This document shows positions 49,556 to 59,459 of a stretch of 64,000 nt of DNA, in pieces (within the stretch, counting starts at the first letter, position 1; each line of letters starts with the position of its first letter). This stretch comes from Spirochaetia bacterium (GTDB lineage Bacteria; Spirochaetota; Spirochaetia; CAKZLE01): NCBI GenBank assembly GCA_021736385.1, contig JAIPFY010000008.1, forward strand, positions 188 through 64,187, written 5' to 3'. The notes under the pieces were generated by a model. That model saw only the letters and a list, made by a program, of their open reading frames with translations, searched no databases and was not told where the DNA came from. The position numbers were made by a program, and so were the translations under genes.

Positions 49556-52219
49556 ATGCTTACAGCGACCAGACTGACATGCAACTACCAGACCGACCCC
49601 ATGGGAATCGATGAACGTGTAAGATTCGGATGGGTGATCGAAAGCGACAGACAGGAGATCCTGCAGCGATCATATACCCTTCACATAGCAGAGGACCCGG
49701 GCTTCTCCACCCTGGTCTTCGACAGCGGCATGATCGATTCCCAGGAATCCGTCCATGTCTATGCAGACGGGTTCGAACCTGAATCCAACAGCCGGTACTG
49801 GGTACGGGTAGCGATTCGTGACAACCGGGGAGAGAGCAGCCCCTGGAGTACTGCAGCCAGCTTCGAGACTGCCATGCTCTCATCAGAGCTCTGGAAGGCA
49901 CACTTCATCACAGGAGACCGGGAAGAAGACGGATCCCGCTCAGATGCGAAGGCACTGAGAAGCACCTTCAGGATCTCCGGGGCCATAGCTTCGGCACGAG
50001 CCTATGCGACAGCCCTCGGCCTCTACGAACTGCATCTGAACGGCAGCCGGGTCGGTGACTACCTCCTCACCCCGGGCTGGAGTTCGTATGAGAGCCGATT
50101 GCTCTATCAGAGTTATGACATCACGGGAATGCTGGTGCAGGGAGAGAATGCCATCGGTGCCCTCGTTGGTGCCGGATGGTACAAGGGGACCATGGGCTTC
50201 ATGCTCAAACGCAACCACTACGGGAATCGGGCAGCACTGCTGTGTCAGCTGGAGATCACCTACGATGACGGATCGAAAGAGATCATCGGGAGTGACGGGA
50301 GTTGGAAGTGTTCAGAGAGTGCCATCACGTTCTCAGAGATCTATGACGGGGAGATCTACGATGCAAGGAACGAAGAGCCGCAGTGGGCATCCCCCGGATT
50401 CGATGACAGTGCCTGGGAACCGGTTTCCCTGCTCCCGACCGACTATAGCAGACTCAAGGCACAGGACGGTGAGCCGATACGCCGCATCAGTTCGATCCCC
50501 GCACAGCAGCTCATGATCACCCCTGAAGGCGATACAGTCCTCGACTTCGGACAGAACCTCACCGGCTGGGTACGCTTCTCTGTCAGCGGCAAGGCCGGTG
50601 ACCGGGTAGAGCTGCAGCATGCTGAGATCCTTGACAGCGATGGGAACTTCTATACCGAGAACCTCAGAGCTGCGAAAGCAGCCCTGAGCTATACCCTCAG
50701 AGGGGATGGTCTCGAGGTGTTCGAACCGCACTTCACCTTCTACGGATTCCGCTATGTACGCATCCTCTCCTACCCTGCAGAGGTGAGAATGGAAGACTTC
50801 ACCGCTGTGGTCATCCACTCCGACATGGCCCCGACCGGCAGCTTCAGCTGCTCGAACCCGCTGCTGAACCGTCTGCAGCATAACATCCTCTGGGGCATGA
50901 AGGGCAACTTCCTTGACATCCCCACAGACTGCCCCCAGAGGGATGAGCGACTCGGATGGACCGGCGATGCCCAGATCTTCGCAGGGGAAGCCTGTTTTCT
51001 CATGAACACCGACCCCTTCTTCAGGAAATGGCTCAGAGACCTCGCAGCTGACCAGACCCCGGAGGGAGGTGTCCCTCATGTGATCCCCAACATCATCCAC
51101 GAACAGATCCCCGTCGAAGACATCCTGGCTGACCCGCACTCTTCCTCGGCCTGGGGAGATGCGGCAGTGATCATCCCCTGGACCCTCTACACCTCGTACG
51201 GAGACCGGCAGATCCTCTCCGAACAGTATGAGAGCATGAAGGGGTGGGTCGAGTATATCAGGGCACGGGCTGCCGATGGGCTCATCTGGGATTCAGGGTT
51301 CCACTTCGGGGACTGGGTCGCCCTCGATGCTGCCGAAGGGAGCTACTTCGGTGCTACGCCGACCGAACTGGTAGCTACCGCCTACTACGCACACTCTACG
51401 GGACTGCTGGCTAAGAGCGCCCGTGTCCTGGGGCATGAAGAGGACCAGAAGACCTATGAGCAGCTGCATGAAGCCATAAAGACAGCCTATCAGAAGCAGT
51501 TCCTCCACCCTAACGGGTCACTCATCCCCAGGACCCAGACAGCCTGTATCCTCTCGCTTCACTTCAGACTGATCGAGACCCGATCGATCGAACCGGTGGT
51601 GCAGCTGCTGGTAGACCTGATCGACCAGGCTGGAGGGCACCTGAACACCGGTTTTGTCGGCACCCCCTACATCTGCCAGGCTCTCAGCGATAACGGAAGA
51701 GTCGCAGAGGCCTACGACCTGCTGCTCAAGGAGGACTACCCCTCATGGCTCTATCAGGTACGACAGGGAGCGACTACCATCTGGGAGCACTGGGACGGTC
51801 TGAGACCCGACGGGACGATGTGGAGCAGCGACATGAACTCATTCAACCATTATGCCTACGGAGCTGTGGGGCAATGGCTCTATTCGGTCATCGGCGGTAT
51901 CCGCACGACAGATGAGGGAGCCGGCTGGAGAGAGATGATCATACGACCGGAGATCGGAGGAGGACTCAGCTATGCGGAGACCTCCCTTGAGACCGTCTAC
52001 GGCCTACTGTCGGTCCGATGGGACCGCACCATGGCACGGGATCAGGAACAGGTGACCCTGCAGGTTCGGATCCCTCACAACACCACTGCACAGATCATAC
52101 TCCCCGGAGCAGCGGCGATCCTGGAAGACAGCGGTCTGCAGTTCTCCCTGAAAGATTCTCAGGCCCTCAGTGCAGCAGGATCGGGAACCTATCGCATCAC
52201 CTATGAACGAGAGACCTGA
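49556..52219 (+). CDS. alpha-L-rhamnosidase (GH78)
   Basis: DFGQNLTGW, PTDCPQRDERLGWTGD, GATTIWEHW, SFNHYAYG; start reset behind AAGGAG; no signal peptide. Confidence 0.95.
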   Translation: MLTATRLTCNYQTDPMGIDERVRFGWVIESDRQEILQRSYTLHIAEDPGFSTLVFDSGMIDSQESVHVYADGFEPESNSRYWVRVAIRDNRGESSPWSTAASFETAMLSSELWKAHFITGDREEDGSRSDAKALRSTFRISGAIASARAYATALGLYELHLNGSRVGDYLLTPGWSSYESRLLYQSYDITGMLVQGENAIGALVGAGWYKGTMGFMLKRNHYGNRAALLCQLEITYDDGSKEIIGSDGSWKCSESAITFSEIYDGEIYDARNEEPQWASPGFDDSAWEPVSLLPTDYSRLKAQDGEPIRRISSIPAQQLMITPEGDTVLDFGQNLTGWVRFSVSGKAGDRVELQHAEILDSDGNFYTENLRAAKAALSYTLRGDGLEVFEPHFTFYGFRYVRILSYPAEVRMEDFTAVVIHSDMAPTGSFSCSNPLLNRLQHNILWGMKGNFLDIPTDCPQRDERLGWTGDAQIFAGEACFLMNTDPFFRKWLRDLAADQTPEGGVPHVIPNIIHEQIPVEDILADPHSSSAWGDAAVIIPWTLYTSYGDRQILSEQYESMKGWVEYIRARAADGLIWDSGFHFGDWVALDAAEGSYFGATPTELVATAYYAHSTGLLAKSARVLGHEEDQKTYEQLHEAIKTAYQKQFLHPNGSLIPRTQTACILSLHFRLIETRSIEPVVQLLVDLIDQAGGHLNTGFVGTPYICQALSDNGRVAEAYDLLLKEDYPSWLYQVRQGATTIWEHWDGLRPDGTMWSSDMNSFNHYAYGAVGQWLYSVIGGIRTTDEGAGWREMIIRPEIGGGLSYAETSLETVYGLLSVRWDRTMARDQEQVTLQVRIPHNTTAQIILPGAAAILEDSGLQFSLKDSQALSAAGSGTYRITYERET

Positions 52220-52334
52220 CCGATCAGAGCGAAGACTGCATTGTACATGGAAGACTGTTGCCTCATCCATGGTGAGACGGGCTATCCCATGGGATGCTCA
52301 TAGAGGTAACGAAAAAAAACTGGAGGATCAACGT

Positions 52335-52427
52335 ATGAAACGAATCATGATCATTGCACTTGCCGTACTCCTGACAGCAACCAACGGAAGCAGAGGTTTT
52401 TCTCCCGGGTTACTATTTCGTTTCTGA
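52335..52427 (+). pseudogene. signal-peptide-only ORF, probable remnant of a secreted protein gene
   Basis: GGAGG RBS, then MKRIMIIALAVLLTA and a stop after 30 aa. Confidence 0.45.
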
Positions 52428-52484
52428 AGGGTATCTTATATACTTAGCGTGTACAGTCGTCCAGAACAAAGGAGATAGCTAGCC

Positions 52485-53009
52485 ATGATCGATATATTCT
52501 CACGAAGACGGAGCTCCAGGAAATTCCAGAACAGACCGGTAAGCGTAGAAGACACAGAATCACTTGTAGAAGCTGCACTCTATGCAGCTTCGTCCCGGGG
52601 GATCAGACCCTGGGAGCTGGTGGTCGTCTCTGACAACGAACTCATCGGAGCACTGAGCAAAGTGAAGAAACACGGATCCTCTTTTCTCAAGAATGCCCCG
52701 CTTGCCATGGTAGTGCTCGGTATTCCCGAAGAGAGCGATGTCTGGATAGAAGATACCTCGATCCTTTCGACCCATCTACTCATCGAGGCAGAATACCTGG
52801 GGCTCGGTGCCTGCTGGATACAGATCCGCAACCGCTTCGATGCAGAGGGGACCCCCTCTGAACAGGTGGTACGAACGATCCTTGAGATCCCTGATTCACG
52901 TTCGGTGGAATCCATCATAGCCATCGGCTACAAAGATGGTGAGAGCGAACCGTATACCTCAGAGGACCTGCATACCGAGAAGGTCTTCTTCCAGAAGTAC
53001 ACCCGCTGA
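52485..53009 (+). CDS. nitroreductase family protein
   Basis: RRSSRKF, AASS..IRPW, LGLGACW, IAIGY. Confidence 0.92.
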   Translation: MIDIFSRRRSSRKFQNRPVSVEDTESLVEAALYAASSRGIRPWELVVVSDNELIGALSKVKKHGSSFLKNAPLAMVVLGIPEESDVWIEDTSILSTHLLIEAEYLGLGACWIQIRNRFDAEGTPSEQVVRTILEIPDSRSVESIIAIGYKDGESEPYTSEDLHTEKVFFQKYTR

Positions 53010-53016
53010 ACGAAGC

Positions 53017-53097
53017 ACTCCTGACAGCACCAGGGCACACCACCCTATGACACATCAAGCACTATCGTATCAGAGAGGGTGTCATGGAGCGACTGCC
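53017..53097. repeat. 81-bp direct repeat, copy 1
   Basis: 77/81 identical to 55121-55201 by manual alignment. Confidence 0.92.
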
Positions 53098-55004
53098 ATG
53101 GGAGACTGGCCGGTACGCTGAGCATCTGCTCGATATATCGGCCAGGGAGCCTGAGTATCCAATCCGGTACTCTGTCCTGTCTCCAGCGCAGACACCTCAC
53201 CGGTACTGTCAATGACCAGCAGATACCCCTCAGAAGTCATATTCAGATCGAGCATCACCCCAGGATCCCCCACCTCTGCGAGTTGATGACTCCACAGAAG
53301 CTTTCCGTCGGTACCATCGAGCGCGAACACCGTCTTATGGCCCAGTACATATACGATGTTCCCGGCCCCGATCAGCATCGAAGTGACGCTGCCAGAAACA
53401 CTTGCTAACCCCTCATGCCACAGGAGCGACCCATCGGCACTGATCGCGGTGAGCCCGTTCGCACCCTCTGCGACAAAGACCGTATCATCCTTACCGATCA
53501 GCGGAGCCAGAGCCGCGGAATCCATCCCATAGCCGCCGCTCCAGCCATCAGTACTCATCGTCCCATCTGAATCGATCTTGTAGATATGAGCATCATCAGA
53601 GCAGATATAGATGCTCCCATCACTGCCGATCACCGGTTCATGCTCATAGATGCTCTCTGTTGCAGGTATCGTGAACGACCAGCTCTCTGTCCCATCATCC
53701 AGATCTACCGCATAGAGGATGTTCCCGCTGGTAAGATAGGCGGTCTGACCATCAGAAGAGACCACAGGAGCTGATCCCGTTGCCCCAAGATCGATACTCC
53801 AGTAAAGAAAATCATGATAATTCCAATTGGCATATACCGTACCGTTATCTGCACGAAGGATCAGCATATCATGCTCTGCACTGAATGCCGGTTGGGTGAA
53901 GAATGACTGACCTTCTGTGAAGTCCTCTGATGCGATACCAAGGGTTTCACTGAACGCTCCCCAGTAGAACAGATTCTCATCATCTCTGGTATGGTATACC
54001 AGATACTCCTCCGAGGTAGTGTTCTTTGGCACTGACATGGGCAGCAGACTGCGATTCACCTCACTGAGGTTATGGAACCGATCATACTCACCGGTCGTCC
54101 CATCGATGACCCATACCCGTGAATCAGTTGAGAAGACATTCAAAGAATAGCTGATCAGATCATCTGCAGTGACAGCCACACCGCTTGATACCAGATCAGT
54201 GGTATCGCGTACATAGCTCCATGCAACACGATCCTTCTCAACGAAGGTAGGCGTCACACTCCAGTCCCTATCCATCGTGATCGTGAGTTCTTCCATCCCA
54301 GAGGTAATATCGCCGGTCCATCCAGAGGGCTCATAGCCTGCATCAGCTACCGGAGTGAGTACCACCGTACTATCTCGTGCATAATCCTCCTGTATGATCT
54401 GGACATCATCGACCGTGACATGGCCATGGTCGGCACTGCCGACAGTCAGCGTATACGTCGCAGGGAGTGCAGTGAACACCGGAGTGATCTGCTTGTCGCT
54501 ATCCATCGTGACAGAGAGTGTCTGGGCACTGCTCGTGGTATCGCCGGTCCATCCGGAGAACTCATAGCCAGTATCGGGAACTGCAGTGAGTTCCACGATA
54601 CTGCCGGTATCGAACTCATCTCCGCTGAACTCCTGGCCATCGACCGTGACATGGCCATGGTCGGCACTGCCGACTGTCAGCGTATAGGTCACAGGGAGTG
54701 CAGTGAACACTGCAGTCGCTGTGATATCCTGCTGTAGAATCAGGGTACGGGGGTTCTCATCTCCTGTCAGGTCCCCGGTCCACCCGGAAAACTTATAGCC
54801 AGTTTCAGCCTCAACGGTGATGGTGACCTGCTCTCCGACCTCGTATGATGCTTTCACAGGGTCCAGCAATACCTCTCCTTCTAGCTCATCGCAGGCAAGC
54901 TGCACTGAAACCTGTTCTACAGGCTGAGGACAGCCTGCTAAGATCAGCAGGACTACCAGCAGCAGAGACACATACAGCAGACTACGTACATACCGAATCG
55001 TCAT
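53082..55004 (-). CDS. surface lipoprotein with three InlB B-like repeats and a PQQ-like beta-propeller
   Basis: Lipobox LILAGC; three GY.(F/P)SGWTGD repeats; Trp-ended blades (GTESWSF, GSLLWH, GKLLWS); C-terminal PWPIYRAD..RTG; start reset to ATG 55004 behind AGGAG. Confidence 0.82.
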   Translation of the reverse strand: MTIRYVRSLLYVSLLLVVLLILAGCPQPVEQVSVQLACDELEGEVLLDPVKASYEVGEQVTITVEAETGYKFSGWTGDLTGDENPRTLILQQDITATAVFTALPVTYTLTVGSADHGHVTVDGQEFSGDEFDTGSIVELTAVPDTGYEFSGWTGDTTSSAQTLSVTMDSDKQITPVFTALPATYTLTVGSADHGHVTVDDVQIIQEDYARDSTVVLTPVADAGYEPSGWTGDITSGMEELTITMDRDWSVTPTFVEKDRVAWSYVRDTTDLVSSGVAVTADDLISYSLNVFSTDSRVWVIDGTTGEYDRFHNLSEVNRSLLPMSVPKNTTSEEYLVYHTRDDENLFYWGAFSETLGIASEDFTEGQSFFTQPAFSAEHDMLILRADNGTVYANWNYHDFLYWSIDLGATGSAPVVSSDGQTAYLTSGNILYAVDLDDGTESWSFTIPATESIYEHEPVIGSDGSIYICSDDAHIYKIDSDGTMSTDGWSGGYGMDSAALAPLIGKDDTVFVAEGANGLTAISADGSLLWHEGLASVSGSVTSMLIGAGNIVYVLGHKTVFALDGTDGKLLWSHQLAEVGDPGVMLDLNMTSEGYLLVIDSTGEVSALETGQSTGLDTQAPWPIYRADAQRTGQSPMAVAP

Positions 55005-55074
55005 ATCAGTACTCCTGACCATCAAGACCTGCTTCGTATCACTATTCATTATGATATCGCAGCATCGTTGTCAT

Positions 55075-55103
55075 AGTGTATGTGACCGACACGTCCACGT
55101 CAA
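55075..55103 (-). promoter_or_regulatory. sigma70 promoter for the lipoprotein gene
   Basis: Minus strand TTGACG, 17 bp, TACACT. Confidence 0.6.
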
Positions 55104-55120
55104 TATTCACAGGCTCCATT

Positions 55121-55201
55121 ACTCCTGACAGCATCAGGGCACACTCCCCTATGACACATCAAGCACTATCGTATCAGAGAGGGTGTCATGGAGTGACTGC
55201 C
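55121..55201. repeat. 81-bp direct repeat, copy 2 (3' end of the RDD gene)
   Basis: Matches 53017-53097; encodes QSLHDTLSDTIVLDVS* of the RDD protein plus downstream DNA. Confidence 0.92.
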
Positions 55202-55589
55202 TGCGGGAGTTGAAGAACATGGCAGCCATACCCGCTCCCAGGATGAGCGCTTCACCGGTCATCCCGATGTATCTCAACAGAGCTGAGATGATACTGAGGG
55301 TTGAGGTATCAGAGCGGACCACCCGCAGATGCATCACCATGCACCCGATGGAGGCCTCTTTGAGATGCCATAGCGTGGTGAAGTAGATCCCCTGCAGCAG
55401 CAGCCATACCGGGGGGATGAGCAGGGCATACCCGATCAGATAGCTACCGCTCTCAGGGCTGAAGAGCCCCCGGAAGAACCAGATCCAGAACGGGATGAGC
55501 AGCAGGACACATACGAGTATATCGATGAGATACGAGAGTGTACGACGCAGGAAGGAGGCATACGGTCGAAGGGGGTGTTGTTCTATCAT
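55149..55589 (-). CDS. RDD family membrane protein
   Basis: RRTLSYLID, SIG...LRVV, RQSLHD. Confidence 0.88.
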   Translation of the reverse strand: MIEQHPLRPYASFLRRTLSYLIDILVCVLLLIPFWIWFFRGLFSPESGSYLIGYALLIPPVWLLLQGIYFTTLWHLKEASIGCMVMHLRVVRSDTSTLSIISALLRYIGMTGEALILGAGMAAMFFNSRRQSLHDTLSDTIVLDVS

Positions 55590-55704
55590 ACCTGAGAGCT
55601 TAGCGGTTTTTCACTCCTGCGTATAGAGTTCACCCGGTAGACTGCAGATCTGTTACGCAGCAACCAAACCCTCTGCGTATCACGTATGCAGGAGCTCTCT
55701 CTGT

Positions 55705-56562
55705 TCACCTGTAGACCTGCCGTGCTGCATCGAGCTGCTGAAGCAGTGCAGCTTTCCCCTCATGGCCATAGCCTATGGTCCCTGAGACGGCAACGAGATT
55801 ACAGACATGATTACTGCGTACGATGCACTCAGAGAGTTCCAACCCGCTGATGAGCTGGTACATCTCCTCGAGGATCCCGTACTCGGACTGCAGAAGGAAC
55901 TCACCTGAAGCTGTGAGCTGCTCCATGACAGTACCGGGATCTATGGTCAGCCTCAGGATCCCCAGGTAGCGGGGATCGATACGATTGAGCACCTCTGCAG
56001 TGGCTTCTGCATGCTCAGAGGCCATGGCAGAGCCTCCCAGACCGCAGATCACCGAGGCTGAGATCAGGATACCTGCTTCCGTGAGCTTATCTGCGGACTC
56101 GATCAGCAGCTCCCGGGTCTGCCCCTTCCTCACATACTCCAGGACCGCATCGCTGCCGCTCTCCACTCCCATGTAGATCAGACTGAGCCCGAGCAGGTGC
56201 AGTTCCTGCAGCTGTGCCGCAGTATAGCTTCGCAGGTTACGACTGGAACCATAGGCGCTGATACGTTCGCATTCGGGGAACAGATCCCTGATGGATCTCA
56301 GGATCCTCAGGAGCTTCCCGTAGCTCAGAGCAAGCACATCCCCGTCGGCAAGAAAGATCCTCGGGACACTCTGGTATCTGCTGCGAAAGAACCTCAGAGC
56401 CAGCAGGACCTCTTCAAAAGGCCTGAGATGGAACTTCCGGTCCTTGTACATGCTGCAGTAGATGCATCTGTTGTAGGAACAGCCGCTGGTGACCTGTACG
56501 ATGAGACTTCCCGCCTCACTCGGCGGTCGATAGACCTGACCTTCGTAGAGTTCGAACTCCAT
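55705..56562 (-). CDS. radical SAM protein of unknown function
   Basis: YRPPSEA, CSYNRCIYC (CX3CX2C), FLADGD, YMGVESG. Confidence 0.92.
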   Translation of the reverse strand: MEFELYEGQVYRPPSEAGSLIVQVTSGCSYNRCIYCSMYKDRKFHLRPFEEVLLALRFFRSRYQSVPRIFLADGDVLALSYGKLLRILRSIRDLFPECERISAYGSSRNLRSYTAAQLQELHLLGLSLIYMGVESGSDAVLEYVRKGQTRELLIESADKLTEAGILISASVICGLGGSAMASEHAEATAEVLNRIDPRYLGILRLTIDPGTVMEQLTASGEFLLQSEYGILEEMYQLISGLELSECIVRSNHVCNLVAVSGTIGYGHEGKAALLQQLDAARQVYR

Positions 56563-56567
56563 ACCTG

Positions 56568-57437
56568 CTACAACCTCCTCATGTGATCAGAGCGAACCGG
56601 GCTCCGCAGCAGGAGGAGCCGGTCGATCTCATCGAGCAGCCGCTTCTTCTCTTCGGGCAGATAGGCCTTCAGGGGGGCATAGTTCGAAGCATGGTTTGCA
56701 CGGAAGACCGTAGCCTCGAGCTCGAGGGCCTCCACAAGCAGCCGGATCTCCTGCAGGGTAGCTCTGCTCTCAAGCAGCGTGAGAGTCCCCGCTTCCACCT
56801 CCCTCCTGATCGGTGCATCCTCATGAAGCAGCAGACTCAGCAGTCCCACGAACTCCGGCTGAATGGCATTGAGCACCTCTGCAGTCTTCAGGGCATGCTC
56901 ATGCGATCGCTGCACACCGCCAAGACCTGCGATCACCGATACCGACAGGGCAATCCCCGCATCACGGACACGCACCCCGGCCTGCACCAGAGCAGCAGCA
57001 TCACTTCCCTTGCAGACCCTCTTGAGTACTGCATCTGATCCGCTCTCCACTCCCATGTAGATGATCTTCAACCCCTTGCTCCGCAGCATGCTCAGTTCCT
57101 GCGGGCTCTTTCGCAGGATATCGGCTGCCGTTGCCGACAGACCTGTGCGTTCACACTCGGGAAACACTTCATTGATGTGATCGAGCAGCTCGCTCAGATA
57201 GGCTGTCGGGACCACCAGAGCATCCCCGTCGATGAGGAACACCCTCCTGACCGAGGGGTATGCCGCTCGTGCCAGCCTGATGTCTTCTCTGATCTCTTCG
57301 AGCGGTCTGATGCGAAACGACTTGTTCTTGTACATATAGCAGAACGTACAGCGATTGTGGGAGCAGCCGATCGTGATCTGCAGCAGCAGACTCTCTGCTT
57401 CACTCGGTGCCCGGTAGATGTCTCCATAGTATCTCAT
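56568..57437 (-). CDS. radical SAM protein of unknown function (paralog of neighbour)
   Basis: YRAPSEA, CSHNRCTFC, FLIDGD, YMGVESG, RANHASN. Confidence 0.92.
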   Translation of the reverse strand: MRYYGDIYRAPSEAESLLLQITIGCSHNRCTFCYMYKNKSFRIRPLEEIREDIRLARAAYPSVRRVFLIDGDALVVPTAYLSELLDHINEVFPECERTGLSATAADILRKSPQELSMLRSKGLKIIYMGVESGSDAVLKRVCKGSDAAALVQAGVRVRDAGIALSVSVIAGLGGVQRSHEHALKTAEVLNAIQPEFVGLLSLLLHEDAPIRREVEAGTLTLLESRATLQEIRLLVEALELEATVFRANHASNYAPLKAYLPEEKKRLLDEIDRLLLLRSPVRSDHMRRL

Positions 57438-57717
57438 TTACTTTCCATACATATTATTTGTATATAAATTATCATACAATCAGCAGCAGGGCAAGACCCC
57501 AACACCTGTTCACCCTGACCCATGCACGACCGAACACCTCATACGGCTCCTCCTGCATACATACGCTCTGCCTGTAACCGTACATGCAGGATATATAAGC
57601 GATGTGTGTGGTCCTCCCCTGAACCCGATGTTGCCCGTACGGGGCATCCCCTCTCTCGCCTTTTTCCTGAAAACCCGATAGTATGATGGTATCTGATCTT
57701 CTCACAGGAGCACATTC

Positions 57718-58491
57718 ATGGCTGCACGGACTTCTGACATGACAGGAAAGAGTACTTCGAACATCAGCGAGACGGTATATGCTGTCCTGAGGAAGAACAT
57801 CATCAACCTTACCCTTGCTCCGGGGACCCTCATCAGCGAGACAGACGTCGCTGAGCGACTATCGGTCAGCAGGACCCCGGTCAGAGAGGCTTTCATCAGA
57901 CTCTCCCATGAGGCGCTTGTCAGCATCTTCCCGCAGAAGGGAACCTTCGTGTCGAAGATAGACCTCTCACGGGTACAGGAAGAGCGGTTCCTGCGGGAAT
58001 CCCTGGAATGCGAAGTGATCAGACTCTTTGCCAACTACCACAGTGAACAGAGCATAGAACGACTCAAACGAAATCTGAAGCAGCAGCAGGCGGCCCTTGA
58101 AGAGGGGTCCCTGACCCGATTCATCGAGTTCGATGACCAGTTCCATGCGATCATGTTCGAAGAGACCAACAAGCAGCTGTGCTATCAGGTGCTCAAGAGC
58201 TATTCGAGTCACTACCGCAGGATCCGGTACCTCTCGATGTTCCTCTCAGAGGTCTCAGCCCATAATATCGATCAGCATCAGCAGCTGCTCGCAGCCATAG
58301 AGGACCATGACAGTGAGCTGGCAAGCTCACTGCTGAAGCACCATATACGGAAGCTGATCATTGAGAAGGATGATATCTGTGAGAAGTATCCTGAGTACTT
58401 CCAGCAGGAAGAACGGTTCATAGGGGATTCGGAAGTCTTCGGGACCAACAAGCTCGACCGGCTCATGGGAGATCATCCGTCGGGGACCTGA
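57718..58491 (+). CDS. GntR/FCD family transcriptional regulator
   Basis: VSRTPVREA, PQKGTFV, DDQFH, QH..L; start may be 57739. Confidence 0.92.
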   Translation: MAARTSDMTGKSTSNISETVYAVLRKNIINLTLAPGTLISETDVAERLSVSRTPVREAFIRLSHEALVSIFPQKGTFVSKIDLSRVQEERFLRESLECEVIRLFANYHSEQSIERLKRNLKQQQAALEEGSLTRFIEFDDQFHAIMFEETNKQLCYQVLKSYSSHYRRIRYLSMFLSEVSAHNIDQHQQLLAAIEDHDSELASSLLKHHIRKLIIEKDDICEKYPEYFQQEERFIGDSEVFGTNKLDRLMGDHPSGT

Positions 58492-58514
58492 GCAGATCGT
58501 TCGAACCTGCACCC

Positions 58515-59441
58515 CTAGCGGGGATTGAGCTCTATCTGCAGCTTGATACCGGTGGCATAGTTACCGAAAGACTCACCAAAGAGGTTCAGACCTCCCTGAC
58601 AGTAAGCATCTTCCCTGATCCCGAACTTCACCGTGATACGGTAGTCATCCCCGAGATGCAGGTCATCTATGGTGGTCCCCTCTGCAGCCACTCCGTCGAT
58701 AAAGGACTGTTCGGCAGTGACCCTCCAGGACTTGAGGAACCCGTACTGGGTATTCTCGACACCCCACCACTGCGGAGTGAACCGTCCCTTCGTCCCTCCC
58801 ATATCACCGGGGCTGGTCCAGGTACCGATCTCACAGCCGTTGATCCAGACAGTGATGTCACTCGGGTACTCGTTGTTGCAGCCGGGGAACTCAGAACAGA
58901 GCTCTGCAGAGATCTGCAGAGATTTCACCGATCTTCCGCTCGGGATGGTCACCGGGAAACTGTACTCCAGGAACCCGTGGGTGAACCAGATCAGCTCGGC
59001 GCTGCTTCGCTGAGGACTCAGGAAGGCCCGCTCACTGTCAAGATAATCGATGATGGCACTCTTGCTGACGATCCCGCACGGGGGATGGATCGAGAAGTTC
59101 GTGTAGAGCCCTATGGGCATGTCGATGATCATCACATGTTCATCTTCCACCTGCTGCTCTTTGCTGAGGGGCAGGATGATCTCTTCGAAGCTGGTATAAC
59201 AGACTTTCTGGTTACCCCGGGCTGCCGGTATGAGTTCGGTACTGACGATCCCTGCCTGTTCCAGAGCCTGTATGTTCACCGTGCAGGTTGACTGCAGGAT
59301 CCCCAGCTCATCGGCGATCTGGTGGATGTTCATGCGATTGTTCAGCAGCAGCTGTACGATACGTAATCTCAGGGGAGAACTCAGCGCCTTCGCTATTGCC
59401 AGCACCTGATCATGATCGGCCATATATACACGTTTTTCCAT
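58515..59441 (-). CDS. ArsR-type HTH regulator with C-terminal beta domain (sugar-cluster associated)
   Basis: KALSS.LRL.I wHTH; MPIGLY, ELCSEFP, WTSPGD, TQYG.LK, GGLNLFG. Confidence 0.85.
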   Translation of the reverse strand: MEKRVYMADHDQVLAIAKALSSPLRLRIVQLLLNNRMNIHQIADELGILQSTCTVNIQALEQAGIVSTELIPAARGNQKVCYTSFEEIILPLSKEQQVEDEHVMIIDMPIGLYTNFSIHPPCGIVSKSAIIDYLDSERAFLSPQRSSAELIWFTHGFLEYSFPVTIPSGRSVKSLQISAELCSEFPGCNNEYPSDITVWINGCEIGTWTSPGDMGGTKGRFTPQWWGVENTQYGFLKSWRVTAEQSFIDGVAAEGTTIDDLHLGDDYRITVKFGIREDAYCQGGLNLFGESFGNYATGIKLQIELNPR

Positions 59442-59459
59442 ACCATCCCTTTTCCTGCG

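Noticed and set aside
53017-55201. Diversity-generating retroelement TR/VR interpretation of the 81-bp repeats
   Set aside because: Three of four mismatches fall at minus-strand adenines, but most adenines are unchanged, copy 1 lies mostly beyond the stop codon, and no reverse transcriptase is present.
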